Below the pieces are notes generated by a model that saw only the letters and a list, made by a program, of their open reading frames with translations, ran no database searches and was not told the origin of the DNA. From Camelus dromedarius (lineage: Eukaryota): a stretch of 64,000 bases of DNA. Made by a program: the position numbers and the translations under genes. Of the stretch, positions 26,325 to 39,984 are shown one piece after another. Numbering within the stretch: the stretch's first letter is position 1; every line of letters starts with the position of its first letter. The stretch is from positions 46,130,001 to 46,194,000 of the forward strand of contig NC_087436.1 in the NCBI RefSeq assembly GCF_036321535.1. The letters are read 5' to 3'.

Positions 26325-27095
26325 ATTCTGCAATACCAAGCATAGGGGAAGATGTAGAGCAACTGGAACTGTCATGTGTGGCTGGTGGGAGTGTAAATTG
26401 TGGTGACAACTTTGAAAAGTGATGTGGCAGTGTCTCTTAAAGCTGAATGTTTACAAAGAAAATGAACCAGTCATTTCCTAAGTACATACACAGCAGAAAT
26501 GTATAGTTATTCCCCTAAAGACTTGAGCAAGTATATTATAACAACAATATCTGTAACAGCCAGAAATTGGATCTAACCCAAATAGGCATCAATAGCAAAA
26601 TGGATAAATGAACTGTGTTACATTCAAGCAAAGAAATACATATGGTAACAGGAATATACATGCATACCATGTGCAACAATATGAATGAATCTCACAAACA
26701 CAGCATTGAGCAAAGAAGTCAGGGAAAGACAAGTCTGTACTGTTTGATTCCATTTATGGAAAGTTAAAAAGAAGTAGGTCAATTTAAGCTATCAGCAGGG
26801 TGATGTATAGCTCAAGTGGTAGAGTGCATGCTTGGCATGCATGAGGTCCTGGGTTCAATCCCCAGTACCTCCTCTAAGAATAAATAAATCTAATTACCTG
26901 CTTCCCCCCCCACCACCCCATAAAACTATCAGATGGTAGTTCTCGAATGGGGAATGGCGGAGGGAGTTGTGACTGCTTCTTAATCTGGGCATAGATCATA
27001 CAGCAGTGTTCACTTTGTAAGAATTTATGGAGCTGTGCACTTGTGATTTGTGCAAGTTTTCATTTTTGTATACATGTTAACTTTCAGTAAAAAAT
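26325..27095 (+). mobile_element. Old LINE-1 (L1M-type) 3' fossil, interrupted by a SINE
   Basis: caataccaagcataggggaagatgtagagcaactggaactgtcatg...gctggtgggagtgtaaattg (ORF2 C-terminal region), followed by L1M 3' UTR-like text. Confidence 0.8.
26796..26922 (+). mobile_element. tRNA-Ala-derived SINE (Vic-1-like)
   Basis: gtatagctcaagtggtagagtgcatgcttggcatgcatgaggtcctgggttcaatccccagtacctc...ctaattacc; TSD AAGCTATCAG (26786-26795) / AAACTATCAG (26923-26932). Confidence 0.9.
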
Positions 27096-28744
27096 TTGCC
27101 CTCCTCCACAAGTAAGTAGAGGCCCCACAGAAGCTTGAGAACTCAAGTCCTAAAGGGAGAACTTTGGAAAGGAAAGGTGATGTGGAGCTTCAAGCAGGAA
27201 TAAAAGTTGGGAGAGTGTTGTGGTCAGTATATCCAGTCTATAATCACTTAGGGGAATAGAATTAGTATTTGTATTAAATTAAATACTAATGAGGTCATGA
27301 TAAATAACACTATAGACTCACCATTAATGTTCAAAAAATCTGAGGAGATCTAAGCTTGAGTCAGAATAGACACAAATATGAATTTCAAATCAGTAAGACC
27401 AGAGGCAGGGCAGGTTGAAATGCCAGCATTCAAAATGCAAGGTGTTGAGGTATGAACAGCGTATCACGCAGTAGCTTGGAAGGGCCTGTCAAACCCTGCT
27501 TGGGTTTACAGTTCTCTTGTCTACTGGTGAGGCCTTGGTAACTTGTAAATTTCCCAATTTTTCAAAATATGCTCTGATTTCTACATGTAAAACATGGTGT
27601 AACAAGTACAACGGCTTTTATCTATTTATTTCATTCGCAGTCTCTCACGGAGGAGGGGCATAGTCAAGACTGGCAAAGACCCCAAAGAAAATTCTTACTA
27701 ATTTATGGATCCTATGTAAAGTGAAGCAGCAATAAAACCTATCAGTTATTGAGTACTTGCTATATACGAAGAACTGTCCTCAGCACTTTACATATATACT
27801 GTCTTGTTTAATCCTCACGAGTATCCTGAAACTTAGAGGAAAAGGCACACAGTGATGAGGGGGCAGAGTTAGGGTTCAAGGCTGGGTTAGTCTTCACCTC
27901 CAATTGTACGCAGTTCTATTCTGTCAACTATATTTAACCATCAGACATAAAAATGCTTTGAAATCTCGATGAATGTACCTGTAAGTCTCTCTTAGCTCAG
28001 CCCTTACCAGAAAGAGGCCATCCTCACCGCCCCACTAGATCCCTTTTTTCCATCATGAGAGGTGGAGCGTATCCACAGGAAGCGCTCAGATCAGAAGGTC
28101 ACAGAGGTGGGGAGATCTTTCTCATGGAAGGCTGGTGCAGAAGACACCGCCACACACTTGAATAGAGCCCCTTACACTAACACCCCCCTCTCTGCTCTGT
28201 GGGGCTGGCCTTCAACTCTTCCCTGCTCACACATGCTGTGGCCAGTTTCCCTTTGATCATTCTTCAATACGAGCAGTTCTCTTCTTTTCTTCCCCCAATA
28301 GTCTATGACAAATGGAGCCCAATGTTTGTGGAGAAAAAGGAGTGGGGAATCTTTAATACACCATTTCTTCATCTCTGTGGGGGCTGGATCAATACACAGA
28401 GATTATAAACTTAAATACCTACAGAAAGGATATTTGTTTAAGTTAGTGACTAAAAGTGGTGGTGGTGGTGAGACCTTATTGTCTACAATGTCTATAGAAA
28501 GAAATAGGGTTAAAATGTGTGTGTGTGTGTGTGTATAGGGGGTGTAGATTTGAAGGCCTAAAATTCGCCATCTCATTGCAAGGCAAAGGGCTGGAAGCTG
28601 CATTTATACAGCGTTTTTCATTAGACTGAGAAAGTGAAACATGCAGGGTGTGAAGGGTGATGGCGGGGGACTGATGGGAAATGTGACGAAGTGAAGAAAT
28701 TAAGCTCTCCCCCAGGACCCGCCGTCTACTGAGCTCCGGCTGAC

Positions 28745-28915
28745 GATTGCCAGTTGGCAATGAGAACCGTTGCCAGATCTTCTGAGTTTTCAGAAGATGG
28801 AAATACAGATTTTTAAAAATGGGAAGGCTCCTATTTTTAAAATGCTGTGTGGGCCAAACCAAATACGATTGTGGGCTGAATTCAGTCTGTGGCCTACCAT
28901 TTTGAGACCTTTGAT
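28745..28915. mobile_element. hAT-type DNA transposon fossil (MER45/MER58-like end)
   Basis: gtgggccaaaccaaatacgattgtgggctgaattcagtctgtggcctaccattttgagaccttg-like terminus. Confidence 0.5.
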
Positions 28916-31159
28916 TTATAGTCCTCACAAAACATGACATTTCTATTTCAATTTGTAATCTTGAGGCTTGGAACTTCCAGACTCAGTTCATTTTCTGTAC
29001 GTCACCTTCCTCCTTCACTCCTTTATTATTTACACACATCTGACTTCCCCCCTCAAGGTGATACGTTCTTTTAATGGCACAACTTGCATCTTTTTCAATC
29101 TGGTATCCTCTCCGTGGTTTTCTATAATGGTTTAAATAGAGGAACACTCAATGAGTGAGGGTTAAACAAGTGTCTGTTAAATCATGCGTTCTCAAAGCTA
29201 ATCAAGGGAAACTTGAAGCTCTACGTGGGGTCCATTCGCTAAAAACACAATTTGACAAAAAACAAATATCTCAAAGCCATTTTGGGATTTCCACTTTCAG
29301 CTATAGTCAGCCCTACTTTCTTGTAAAATAAACTAAAATATCTGGGGAAAACATAGAAAACATCTTATTAAGAGCATCAGAGACTTAAGATAGTGAGGAC
29401 TTACTTTGCGAGAACAGAGAGAGTGTAAGCCCACACGTTGGTGAACTGATACATCTTTTATTCTGGGGGACTTTGCCATGAATAGGAGGTGACAGAGAGG
29501 AGGAGGAAGAGATGTATAAGTAGGGTAGGACTGGAGAAAAGATGGAGATTTAGGAGACTCACCCACTGCCCCTTGGCAGGGACTCTGCCCATGTCCTGCT
29601 TTCCCTGCACCCAACATTAGATATGTGACCTTTCTTGGGAAAGAGCTTTAGGTTTTAGAGAGACAAGAGTACAAGCTCAGAAACATCTGAGGTCGGAAAC
29701 CTCATGGGACATGCCCTTTGCCCTGGGACAGGTTGGTAACTTCACTTCTTAACCCTTGTAACTTCCTTCCTTTGTAACTCACTCTGATAAGGCTAATCCT
29801 AAGTGAAATGACTCTTGAACCTGTGGTCAATGGAACTGTTAAAGCTCTCTAAAGTGTGCTGAACACTAGCCTGAGGCAATACTCTTCTTATTCTCTGGGC
29901 CTCACCTTTTGAGAGCCTCTGTGTGCATCCTCCTCAGAGCGAAGGTCCACTGGGCCAAGAGCATGCACTGTGCACAGCTGGTTCTGTACTCTCCCCACAC
30001 CCTGCCAACCATGCTCACGATACTGAACAGTGGGATTCCCTATCAAATGATCCAAAGCCCATTTCCCAAGCCTCCATGGGCTTCTTCCTTGGGCTTCTCC
30101 TCCAAAGGGCCTATCATGCCTTTGGGTGTGCATCTCCGGGCTCTGGGGGCCAAGGGGTAGGTCATGTGTGTACGTGTATATGTGTGTCTGTGTGATTGAG
30201 GGGGAGGTAGTTGTGGACAGACCTCTGCCCACAAGACCCCACCTGGTGCTCAATTGTAGGACTCACAGCAGGTTGCTGATCACTAGAGTCACTGAATATG
30301 CTATAGTTTTGAATAGTGCCCTGACTAGGGGAGGGTTCAGATGCACTACTTTGAAAGCTGCATATAATTATCAAAATGTGGGGCTTGAGTTCTTTAGCCA
30401 CTTGAATCAGATTTACTTTTGTAAGTGACATTTTTCTGTTTTCTGGATAGGTTTTATGTTTATTATATCTAGTCTGTAATTTGTATAAATTTACCATCTG
30501 TTGTCATTAAAAAAGTGTTAGTAAGGTTAAAAAAAAGTTACTGAAAAGAAACAATCAGTCATTCTAGGAACTCTGGGAAGCTGAGTTTGTGTAAAGTTGC
30601 CTGAGTTGGACTTGTTGCTATGATAACATGAGAGTAGCCAACTGATGTTGATAAAATTGTACTTTACATCAGTCTTATTATAAGACTTGGATTCCCCAGA
30701 CAAAGTTCCTATTCAGGCGCAAGATGTGTAATAGAGGCCTTTATAATAGGTGGCCTGGAAAACTTAATAAAGGAGGTGATTAAAATATATAGCCTACCTG
30801 GATCTTTGCCCAGAGCCCACTACCAGACTACCCCCCACTCCCAATGCCACACTGTATCTACTTGCAAAGATTTTCATCTAATACTAACTTCTAGGAATTT
30901 ACATAATCATGTGTCTTAGATCCAGACACGTCAGTGACAAGAGTAAAAACACGTGCATCATGTTAACAATGAGCTAAATATCCCTTGTTAAGTATAGTAA
31001 ATGGCATCTCAAAAAGTGAGACCTCAGATATTCTTTGCAATGTCAACATACTCAAGGAAAAATTATTATTGCTTTTCACTAACAAGCACTTTTGCTTTTA
31101 ATAATAATTATTTAGTGATGTTGGAACAGCATGTCAAACACATCAAGTTGGGGGTACTG

Positions 31160-31645
31160 AGTCATGTTTCTCTGATGGCTAAGACACTGTGCATCTTTTC
31201 ACTTACTTATCAGCAACTTGAATATCTTCTTCGGAAAAATGTCTCTTCAGATCCTTTGCCCATTTTAAAATTGGGTTCTTTGTCTTCTTATTATTGAGGT
31301 GTAAGAGTTCTTTGTATTTTCTAAATGAAAGTCCCTCACCAGATACATGATTTGCAAATACTTTCTACCATTTTGTGTCTTTTCACATTCTTGATCTTTG
31401 AAACACAAAAGCTTTACATTTTGATGAAGCCCAATTTACCAGTTTTTTCTTTTGTTTCTTGTACAATTTGATGTTGTATCTAAGAAATCATTGTCCAAAC
31501 TGAAGTCATGAAGATTTACTCCCGTGGTTCTTCTAAGGACTTCATAGATTTAGGTCTTTCATTATTTTGGGTTAATTTTTATAATAAAGTGTGAAGAAGG
31601 GTTCAATTTTATTCTTTTCATGTGGCTATCCAATTGTCTAAGTGA
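31160..31645 (-). mobile_element. Old LINE-1 ORF2 fragment
   Basis: ttcagatcctttgcccattttaaaattgggttctttgtcttcttattattgag...tttgcaaatactttctacc...tcatgaagatttactcc. Confidence 0.85.
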
Positions 31646-32297
31646 TATTATACCTTTTTTTCCTAAAAATATAAATTTTCCCCTAATAAGTTGTTTTTGT
31701 TTTTATTTTGCCATACTTCCCCATTTATGCCAGGGTTAGCATCCCTCTTGCACAAACTGGAAACCTGGAGCTACTCACCTTCTTTCCTTGAATATTTTAG
31801 CCTTGGGCTCACCACTTTCTATCACTACTCCTTTCGAATCTTTTAATGACATCAATGTCCATGCAGATAATTATTCCAGTATCCTGATGTCTCAGTTTTT
31901 TATTTAACCTAATGATCTTGTTGTACAGCTTACCTCAGTTCTTTTGCCTCCAATGCCATATTCTAGATCTGAAGTCCTCAATTAGAATTAGCTGGGGAGC
32001 TTTTCAGTGCTACCAGTGACAGTCCTCCAGCATAATTATATCAAAATCTCCTGGGAGATGACCTGAGCATCATTATTTCTACTGTGATGAGAGCATTGAG
32101 AAACACTGCCCCAGACATTGCCATCATCAATAACTTTACTACTTTCCTTGTATCCATTCTTAGTTGCTACCTGTTAATTTTTCATCTTATAGTTTCAAAT
32201 TGACTAATTCCAGTAAATCTTCTACTGGGATCTACAATCCATCCATCTTAGCATCTTTTCATTGCCCTTCAAACCCCTAGTGTCTATACTTTCTTCA

Positions 32298-32520
32298 TGT
32301 GGTAGTCTGTTATACTGATGGCCCCCAGTGAATCATGCTTCCAGAATTCATGCCTTCGTGTAGTGCCCCCATCCTCCTTGAAATAGTGTTAGCTATGGGA
32401 CTTGCTTTAACCACTGACATGTGGTGGAAAAGACACTGCTCCTTGAGAAGAAGCCCAGCTACTCTGCTTGAGAGGCCATGTGAAAAGACCATACAAAGAG
32501 ATTAAGTGGAGAAGAGGCCC
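32298..32520 (+). mobile_element. MLT1-type (ERVL-MaLR) LTR fragment
   Basis: tgtggtagtctgttatactgatggcccccagtgaatcatgcttccagaattcatgccttcgtgtagtg. Confidence 0.65.
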
Positions 32521-33149
32521 TGAGGGAACATTAAGTAGACCCAAGGAATTCAAATGACAGAATCAAGGCTCCAGACAGTTTAGGTGATTTTTGTGTGTAG
32601 CCAAGGTTGAGAACCAATGACTTATAAACAGATGACTCCCAAATATGTATTTCTATTGTGCAACAGAACTTTCTATGAAGATCTAGAAGGTCCTTTATGA
32701 TCTGCCCTCTAACCCGTCATCCCTCTAACATCATCCATCCTTCTCTCCCCTTGTTACTCTATTCCTGCTGCGTTGACCTCCTTGCTTTTCCTCAAACACA
32801 CCGTGTACACACCCTCTTGGGGGCCTGAGCCTATTCCCACTTTCTGCAACACTTTCCCTCCAGATATCCACATGTCTCACTCTATCATCATCTTCCGGTC
32901 TTTGCTTAATGTAATGCATTAAGTGCTGTAATTGAGTAAATTTAGCTAGTCTTGCTGAAATGTCAACTAACATAAATTAGAATATGTGAAGATAAGCAAA
33001 TAAAAAAAAGTTTTACAGTACTCATTTTGGTGAGGATATGGAGAGAGGGAAACCATATGTATTAATGCTGGGTATTTAAATTGGTACAATAGTTTTGGAG
33101 AGTAATTTGGCATTATCTAGCAAAGCTGATGATGTATACATCCTGTATG

Positions 33150-33692
33150 AAGTAGGAATATAGCTTTGATGATTTTAAAATATGTTAATAAATTCTTTGG
33201 TACCCCTAGATGGGGCTTAAATCTCCATTCCTTGAGTAAGGGCTGGACTTAGAGACTCACTTCCAATTAATAGATATGATGGAGATGACAGTGTGTAACT
33301 TCCAAGACTAGGTCATAGAACGCATGACCCTCTCTCTTAGATCATTTGCTCTGTGGGGAAGCCAGCTGCCATGTCATAAGGACGCTTAAGCAGCCTTTTA
33401 GAGAGACCCAAGTGGCGAGAAACTGAGGTCTCCTGAAAAAAGTCAAACAAAAGCAATTCTTACCAATAGCCATGTGAATGAGCCATCTTGGAAGAAGATT
33501 CTCCAGCTCCAGTCAAGCCTTCAGATGATTATAGCCTCAGCTGACATCTTAACTGCAACTTCGTGCAAAAGCCATCCAGCTAAGCCATTCCCAAATTTCT
33601 GTTCCACAGAGACTGTGAAATAATAAAATTGTGTTCTTTTAAGCTTCTAGGTTTTATGATAATTTGTTGCACAGCAAAAGATAACTAATATA
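33150..33692 (+). mobile_element. MLT1-type (ERVL-MaLR) solo LTR inserted in an old L1 (flanks ~33010-33150 and ~33695-34050)
   Basis: gccatgtgaatgagccatcttggaag...ccagtcaagccttcagatga...cacagagactgtgaaataataaa...tttaagc...aatttgttgcacagcaaaagataactaata. Confidence 0.85.
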
Positions 33693-34057
33693 ATAGCCTA
33701 AAGAAATTCTTGCACTTGTGTAAAAGTAGATGTACAGAAAAATGCTTGTAATTGCATTGCTTGAAATAAGAAAAATAAGAAAAAAAATCAGAGACACCCA
33801 AAGTTCTATCAACAGAATAGACAGATACATGTGGTATAGTCATGGTATGTGTAGATTAGTAAAAATGTTTGACCAGAGTTACAACTGGAACAAATCCCTC
33901 AAATACAATGTTGAGAAAAAAAGGAAAACATTTATAAAAATAGTACATTTATATAAAGTTTAAAACATATAAAGCTAAATAATATTGTTTATGAATATAT
34001 AGGCATGTGGTAAAATTAAAGAAATGCAAAAGAAGTTAAGCATCATATTCAACATGC

Positions 34058-35225
34058 GGTGTATTATCTATGTCTACAAGTGGCTTAAAACAATGAACAT
34101 TTATTATCCCATAGTTTTTGTGGGTTAGGAATTTGGGAACAGATTACTTGAGTACTTCTGGTTCTAGATCTCTCATGAAATTTCTTTTAAAAGATTGTCT
34201 GGCACTACCATCATCTGAAATCTTAAGTGGGGCAGGAAGATCCACTTCATCTACACCAGGAGTCACTGGTCCACAGAGCTTCTGAAATTCAGGTGGGCAA
34301 ATGTTAAAAGTCATTCAATTAGAGCTGAGGCTGATTCCTTCCTGGGAATGATTCTCCATGACTCTGGGCTTTGCCTTCTGACCCTTTGGTTCTGTGGTGT
34401 AAATTATTTCTTCTTTGCCATGAAAGATATCCTGTGTTAGTACAGTTTTTTTTAGCCTGCTTCCTGCCTGCAGAGGTTTCAGAGTCCAAAGGTCTCTTCT
34501 CCTTTTGTACTATCTTTTCTTTCAGATCAAGTTGATGTTTTTGCCAGTACAATTTGCGCTAAAAGCCTGTTGATCTCTTATAAATATTATTGGGGTTCAC
34601 TTTGCTGAGATAAGCCTTATTCTTCTTTGGGTTTCTGCTGACACTACTGAGGGACAGCATCCTTAAGCTTCTTCTATGCTCTGTAGTTTGATTAAAATTT
34701 TTTCTGAGGTATCACTTTAGATATTTCAGAGATCTTAACGACAGATTTTACAGTTACATCCTCAGATTTTCTGTTTTTTCTGAAAGTCTCTGGATTTGAT
34801 CTTGTCCAAAAGCCATTTGTGAATATTATCATCAATTGTCATCTGAAGAAGATGGGAAATTTCAATCCCAACAATTCCTGGCTTCTTTTTCTCTAAGAGT
34901 CTTTTCTGTAGCTTATCTATCTCCTTTTACATTTTACTACATACAATAAAAAGAAACCTGTTGGCACCTTCAATGCTCTAAATGGAGTCCTCTTGTCTAC
35001 GACACACAGTTCATTACATACACTTTTCTACTTTCCACATTACTACAGGCAATAGTGTTGCAATGCCTGCCCCTATGTAGTAAAAATCTGTTTCCTTATA
35101 GTTTCCAATGACATTTTTCTTACCTTTTTTAAGTCCTCATCTGAAGTCCCTATAAGGCCATTTGGCATCTTCTTCTAATAGAGCTTTTTAGGCCCTCAGA
35201 CTTTCACTGTCATTCTCTTAAAAAA
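34058..35225 (-). mobile_element. MLT1-type LTR fragment plus probable MaLR internal sequence
   Basis: agtggcttaaaacaatgaacatttattatcccatagtttttgtgggttaggaatttggg is a reverse-strand MLT1 LTR end; assigning the internal part is inference. Confidence 0.55.
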
Positions 35226-35239
35226 CCCTTCTACAGAGG

Positions 35240-36310
35240 GTTTGCATATGCTCAGATTTACAGATAGTGCCAATTTTCCAAGGTACTTATGTAAATTTAC
35301 TTTTCAACCAGCAGTGTGAGAGTTCCAGTTGTTCCACATTTATTAGATTTGTTATTTTCTGTCTCTTTCATTTTGCCATGGTAGGTGAATAGTTATATAA
35401 TGTGGTGGTTTCAATATGAATTTTTCTGATTATTTGAGGCTGAGCTCCATTTTAAAATGTTTATTGGCTATTTTAAGTTTTCTTCTTGTAGTAATGCTTA
35501 TTCAAGCTTTTGCTCACTTTTCTATTGAGTTGTCTGGATTTTTCTTAGGAAATATATCTATATATTTAGGAGTTCTTATATATTATAGATTGTAAGATTT
35601 TTTTCAGTTCTATAGTTTGCAAATATCTTTCCTCATTAAGTGGCTTGTCCTTTCACTCATTTTAAGATTTGTTTTCTTTTTTTTTTTTTTAAAGAAACTA
35701 ATATTCTTAATTTAATGTATCCCAATTTATCAATCATTTCCTCTATGGCCAGAGCCTTATGTGTCTTATTTAAAAAACCCTGCCTTAATCTAAGGTCATG
35801 AAGATATTCTCCTATATTATCTTCTAAATGCTGTATGTTACTATGTTTTATACTTAGGTTTATAAGCCATCTCCTTTTAATTTTATGAAGAAAGGATTCA
35901 ATTTTATTTTTTTCTTTGTGAATACACAATTGTCCCAGCATAACTGATTTAAAAGCTCATCTTTTCCTCACTACTTTTTTTTTTTTTTTGGTGGGGAGGG
36001 GAGGTAATTAGGTTTATTTATTTATTTTTAATTGAGGTACTGGGGATTGAACCCAGGACCTCGTGCATGCTAGGCACACACTCTACCACTGAGCTATACC
36101 TTCCCCCAACTCACTGCTCTTTAATGTCATTTCTTTCCCATATTAATGCCTATGGGTGGGTTTGTTTCTGGTCTTTTTATTCTGTTTCTTTGGTTTAATT
36201 TCTGTCCCTAGAGCAATACCAAATTGTGTTGATTGCTATATCTTCATAATATATTTTGGTATCTGATAGATACCTCCTTTTGTTCTTTCTCATGGAAATT
36301 ATCCTAGCCA
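35240..36310 (-). mobile_element. Old LINE-1 ORF2 fragment interrupted by a SINE
   Basis: The minus ORF 35657-35941 translates LEDNIGEYLHDLRLRQGFLNKTHKALAIEEMIDKLGYIKL, similar to L1 ORF2 (LEENLG...IDKWDLIKL). Confidence 0.85.
35980..36109 (-). mobile_element. tRNA-Ala-derived SINE (Vic-1-like)
   Basis: gaggtactggggattgaacccaggacctcgtgcatgctaggcacacactctaccactgagctatacc; poly(T) tail; TSD CTCACTACTTTTT (35967-35979) / CTCACTGCTCTTT (36110-36122). Confidence 0.92.
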
Positions 36311-36359
36311 TCTCTAAGTGAAAACAGTTATTACTTACGGTTTTTACAATATAAAAAAT

Positions 36360-36665
36360 AAAAAACTTGCATATGAAGATTCACATAAGCTTCATTTATA
36401 TAGTAAAAAACTGGAAACAATTCAAATGTCCACAAACATGTCAATACATGAACAAATTGTATACAATGGAGTATTACTCTACAATAAAAAAACAAAATAG
36501 CATTATGTAAACACTATGGATAAATCTCAAAAACATTACGTTGAACAAAGGAAGCCAGATACATAAGAATACATACCCTGTTCTTCTATTTATATGGAGT
36601 TTCAGAACAGGCAAAACTATTTTAAAATGACATAAAACACATCAGTGGGTGCCTGGGGTAAGGAT
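36360..36665 (+). mobile_element. Old LINE-1 3' fragment (opposite orientation to its neighbour)
   Basis: aaaactggaaacaattcaaatgtcc...atggataaatctcaaaaacattacgttgaacaaaggaagccagatac. Confidence 0.75.
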
Positions 36666-36859
36666 GATTCTTCAAATCATTCAATAGCTGAAAGGTTGCC
36701 CTCATGCTGTTCTGTTCTTACAAACCAGATTAGGACTAAAGTCATAACTAGGATGTACAGGTGTCCCATGGTATAAGAATGTACATTTTCTTGCCCTTCT
36801 ATGTCTATGGATCAGAAGATTTTAAAGTAATAATAATAATAGCACCATTAAAATATAAA

Positions 36860-37085
36860 ATTTATATTGCCTCTAACATCTACCAGGCATTGTAAAGCTT
36901 TACATATCTCATCCCATTTATTGACTGCAAAAGACTTTCTGGGTAAGAATTATTATCTTTGTTTTATAGATGAGAAAACTGAGGCACAGAAAAGTTAAAT
37001 AATTTACCAAAGCCACACAGCTATAAAATAGCAGAGCTGGATTATGAACCCAGACAGTCTGGTCTTGGAGTACTTGTAACCATGA
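36860..37085 (-). mobile_element. MIR SINE
   Basis: gttttatagatgagaaaactgaggcacagaaaagttaaataatttaccaaagccacacagct. Confidence 0.85.
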
Positions 37086-38664
37086 TCTGAATCAATGTTA
37101 CAAACATGTTCTGTCTACTTAGCACTATAAAAAAAAGTTGATTTGGAGAGTTCAATGAAATGTTGCTTCTTAGACTTAGCAATATAATTGGCAAATTTGG
37201 GGAAAAATCTCTTAAATGAGGTTATAACCCAATTAATAATCTAAGGTTTAAGAAAAAATTCACCTCCTCCCTCCCTTCAAACAAAACAACACAACAAACA
37301 AACAAACAAACATAAAACTGACTCTGCAGAGAGGAATGGGATTTTGGAAGACGTGTATTATCCAGATTATTGGGTTCATACAGTTATAAGCCCCTTGCTT
37401 AACCAGGCTTGTGTAAATGAGATCATTTCTTGATCTGCCTGAAAGGGAATTTTTCAGCCTGTCACTAAGAGCCAAATTCTTCTTTTCTGCTCTTCTCCTT
37501 CTGAAGGTATTTCTAATTTGTTTGTGATTTATTGAAATTTGCCTGGCTCTGGGACTTTTAAGTTCACTTTACTGCTGCATCTTTTAAGTTCACTTTACTG
37601 CTTACTCCATTCTATTTGGGAAACTTTGTCTTCTTAAAAGATGTTTCCCTGGGAGCACATTCTCACCTGAAGTTTATGAAATAGCATGCTCAAATGCTCA
37701 ATATGGCACACAATTTATTCTACCATTTTCTTCATTAAGGTACCGAGAGGACATAGTTGGTGGTTGTGAGTGTACACAAATGGCCACAAATTCCCCTCAT
37801 ACATTTGCTTCTGTTTGATAACTCTGAGGGTGAACTTTGGTTAAAATTGTGGTTTTATGAAACTAACCTCAAAAATTAATGGTGCTAAAAGATATTTTCT
37901 AACCAAACAAATATTTTTCTGTCACGTAATTAATATCTAACAGCAGTATAACATGATTATCCCAGCTACTTATTTTGGTCAGAGGATCTTTCTAAATGCA
38001 CATAAGACATCAAAATTTCAAGTGTGTGTTAGTTTACCTCTATATCCTCTGTTGATAAGACTCTTAGAGGCTTATAGGTGTGGATTATGCCTTTAAAAAA
38101 ATAACACTTTAAGCTACTTGAAAAGTTCTTTCTTCTATCTTCTTCATTTTTTCTCTTTATCCTGTTTTTCTCCCAGTCATGTTCTTTCTCACTTTAACTT
38201 TCTGCCATGTATCTCTGTCAGAAGTCTCTGTTGATTTCTTTTTGGGGGTGGGTGGGGGGGAGAACCTGGAGACTGGGGACAGGAGTTCTAGCCGTAACGC
38301 TGAGTCCTGGGTCAAGATCCTGGCTAGGCTAGTACTAGTAGGAGGAGATGAGAGTGACTGGACAGCTTGACTTAGTTTAATGTTTTTCAGTTGCACCAAT
38401 GGGAGGCATCAAGGAAAGAGAACATGTTTTATTCAGTTCTATATACCTCAATAGAAGGTATACTAATTTTACATGACATGGGAGAAGGCATATCTCCCCA
38501 ATTCTTTCCCAGTGGGCATGTCAGTAAAATAGGAATGCGTAAACATTTGAGAAACAGGGATTGTTATTACAGGGTCTGCTTGAGTTTCAGGGCATTATGG
38601 GGGTTACAATACCACTCGTGATGCTGTAGCAGATGAAGACTTGTGACTCTGATTCCATTCATTT

Positions 38665-39092
38665 TCAATGCTGTTGTAACGGATTACCACAAACTGAGTG
38701 AGTAAAACAACACAAACTTATTAGTTATAGTTCTGATGGTTAGAAGACCTAAAATCAAAGAATGGGCAAAGCTGCATTCCTTCCAGTGGCTCTAGGGGAG
38801 CATTTGTTCCTTGACTTTTTAAGCTTCGAGAGACTGCCCATATTCTTTGGCTTCCATCTTTAAAACTAGTATTCTCATCACTCTGACCTCTGCTTCTGTC
38901 ATCATCTCCTCTTACTCTAAAATCCTGCTTCCCTCTTATAAGGACCCTTGTGGTTACATTGGGCCCTCCTCATCTCAAGATCCTTAATCACATCTGCAAA
39001 TCCACCTTGTCAAGTAAAGTAACATTCCCCATTACTAGTTTTGAGGACTAGAATGTAGACATCTTTGGGAGTCCATTAGTCCTGCAATCACA
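38665..39092 (-). mobile_element. MLT1C/B-like (ERVL-MaLR) solo LTR
   Basis: gctgttgtaacggattaccacaaactgagtg...ccctcttataaggacccttgtggttacattgggcc...catctcaagatccttaatcacatctgcaaa. Confidence 0.85.
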
Positions 39093-39567
39093 TACCTTTC
39101 TACAACCAGCTGCTTGCCTTTTACTGCTATTGATATCATTGATTTCATCCAATTGATAAAATCGAGTTAGCTAGACTCTACCATTTTTAGTGCTATTTTC
39201 ACTTTTTTGAATCCTTCTTCACATAGGAACCAAAACAACAACTGTGCTCTGATGAATCTACAGAATACCATGGGTTCAAATGCCCAGAGCCTTCTTGATC
39301 CTCACATTCTCTGTGCTTAATGCAAAGACTCTACTGGGATTTGAGAGCCTAGCACTAATGACTAGTACATTTCTAGGGTATTGTGCCCACCAAAGAAATA
39401 AAGTAAAAACTAATCCTCTGGATAAAGATCCCAAATCCACAAAATTCCAATTCTATCTACTAAGAGCTGGCATTCCTGAGAGCCGGCAAGAGTTGTTAAT
39501 GTACCTTCTCATGGCCAATTTCCACAAAGATGATATAAGAAAATGGTATCATCCAAATTAAATGTGT

Positions 39568-39715
39568 TGGAGGAGGGTATAGCTCAGTGGTAGAGTGTGT
39601 GCTAAACATGCACAAGGTCCTGAGTTCAACACCCAGTGCCTCCATTAAAAATAAACAAATAAATAAGTAAACCTAATTACTTCCCCCAAAATTTTTTTAA
39701 AAATTAACAAAACCA
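39568..39715 (+). mobile_element. tRNA-Ala-derived SINE (Vic-1-like)
   Basis: Head ggagggtatagctcagtggtagag; tail aaacctaattacttccccc; perfect 14-bp TSD CAAATTAAATGTGT (39554-39567, 39716-39729). Confidence 0.92.
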
Positions 39716-39984
39716 CAAATTAAATGTGTGACCTACTGTTCAGCATCAATCAGCATAGAAAATGGTCTTTATACTAAAATTTAAGAAAGTGGTGCCTTAC
39801 CCCAAAGAAGAGTTCTTCATACTTTTTGTTTCCAGACTTTCATTAGAGGAACTGGTGTGGAGAGTGTGAGGGAAAAGGTGAGAAAGGAGGAAGGTGAGAT
39901 GACAGACCCCAAGTGGTGACTTGTAGGAAACAATTTCTACCCTCAGGACAATAGAAAGTATTGAAGGAATTTATGTAGATGGAG

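Noticed and set aside
26796..26875. tRNA-Ala-like sequences here and in the five other copies, as possible tRNA genes
   Set aside because: They have A-rich tails, TSDs, a shared non-tRNA 3' module and stem-disrupting differences, so they are SINEs.
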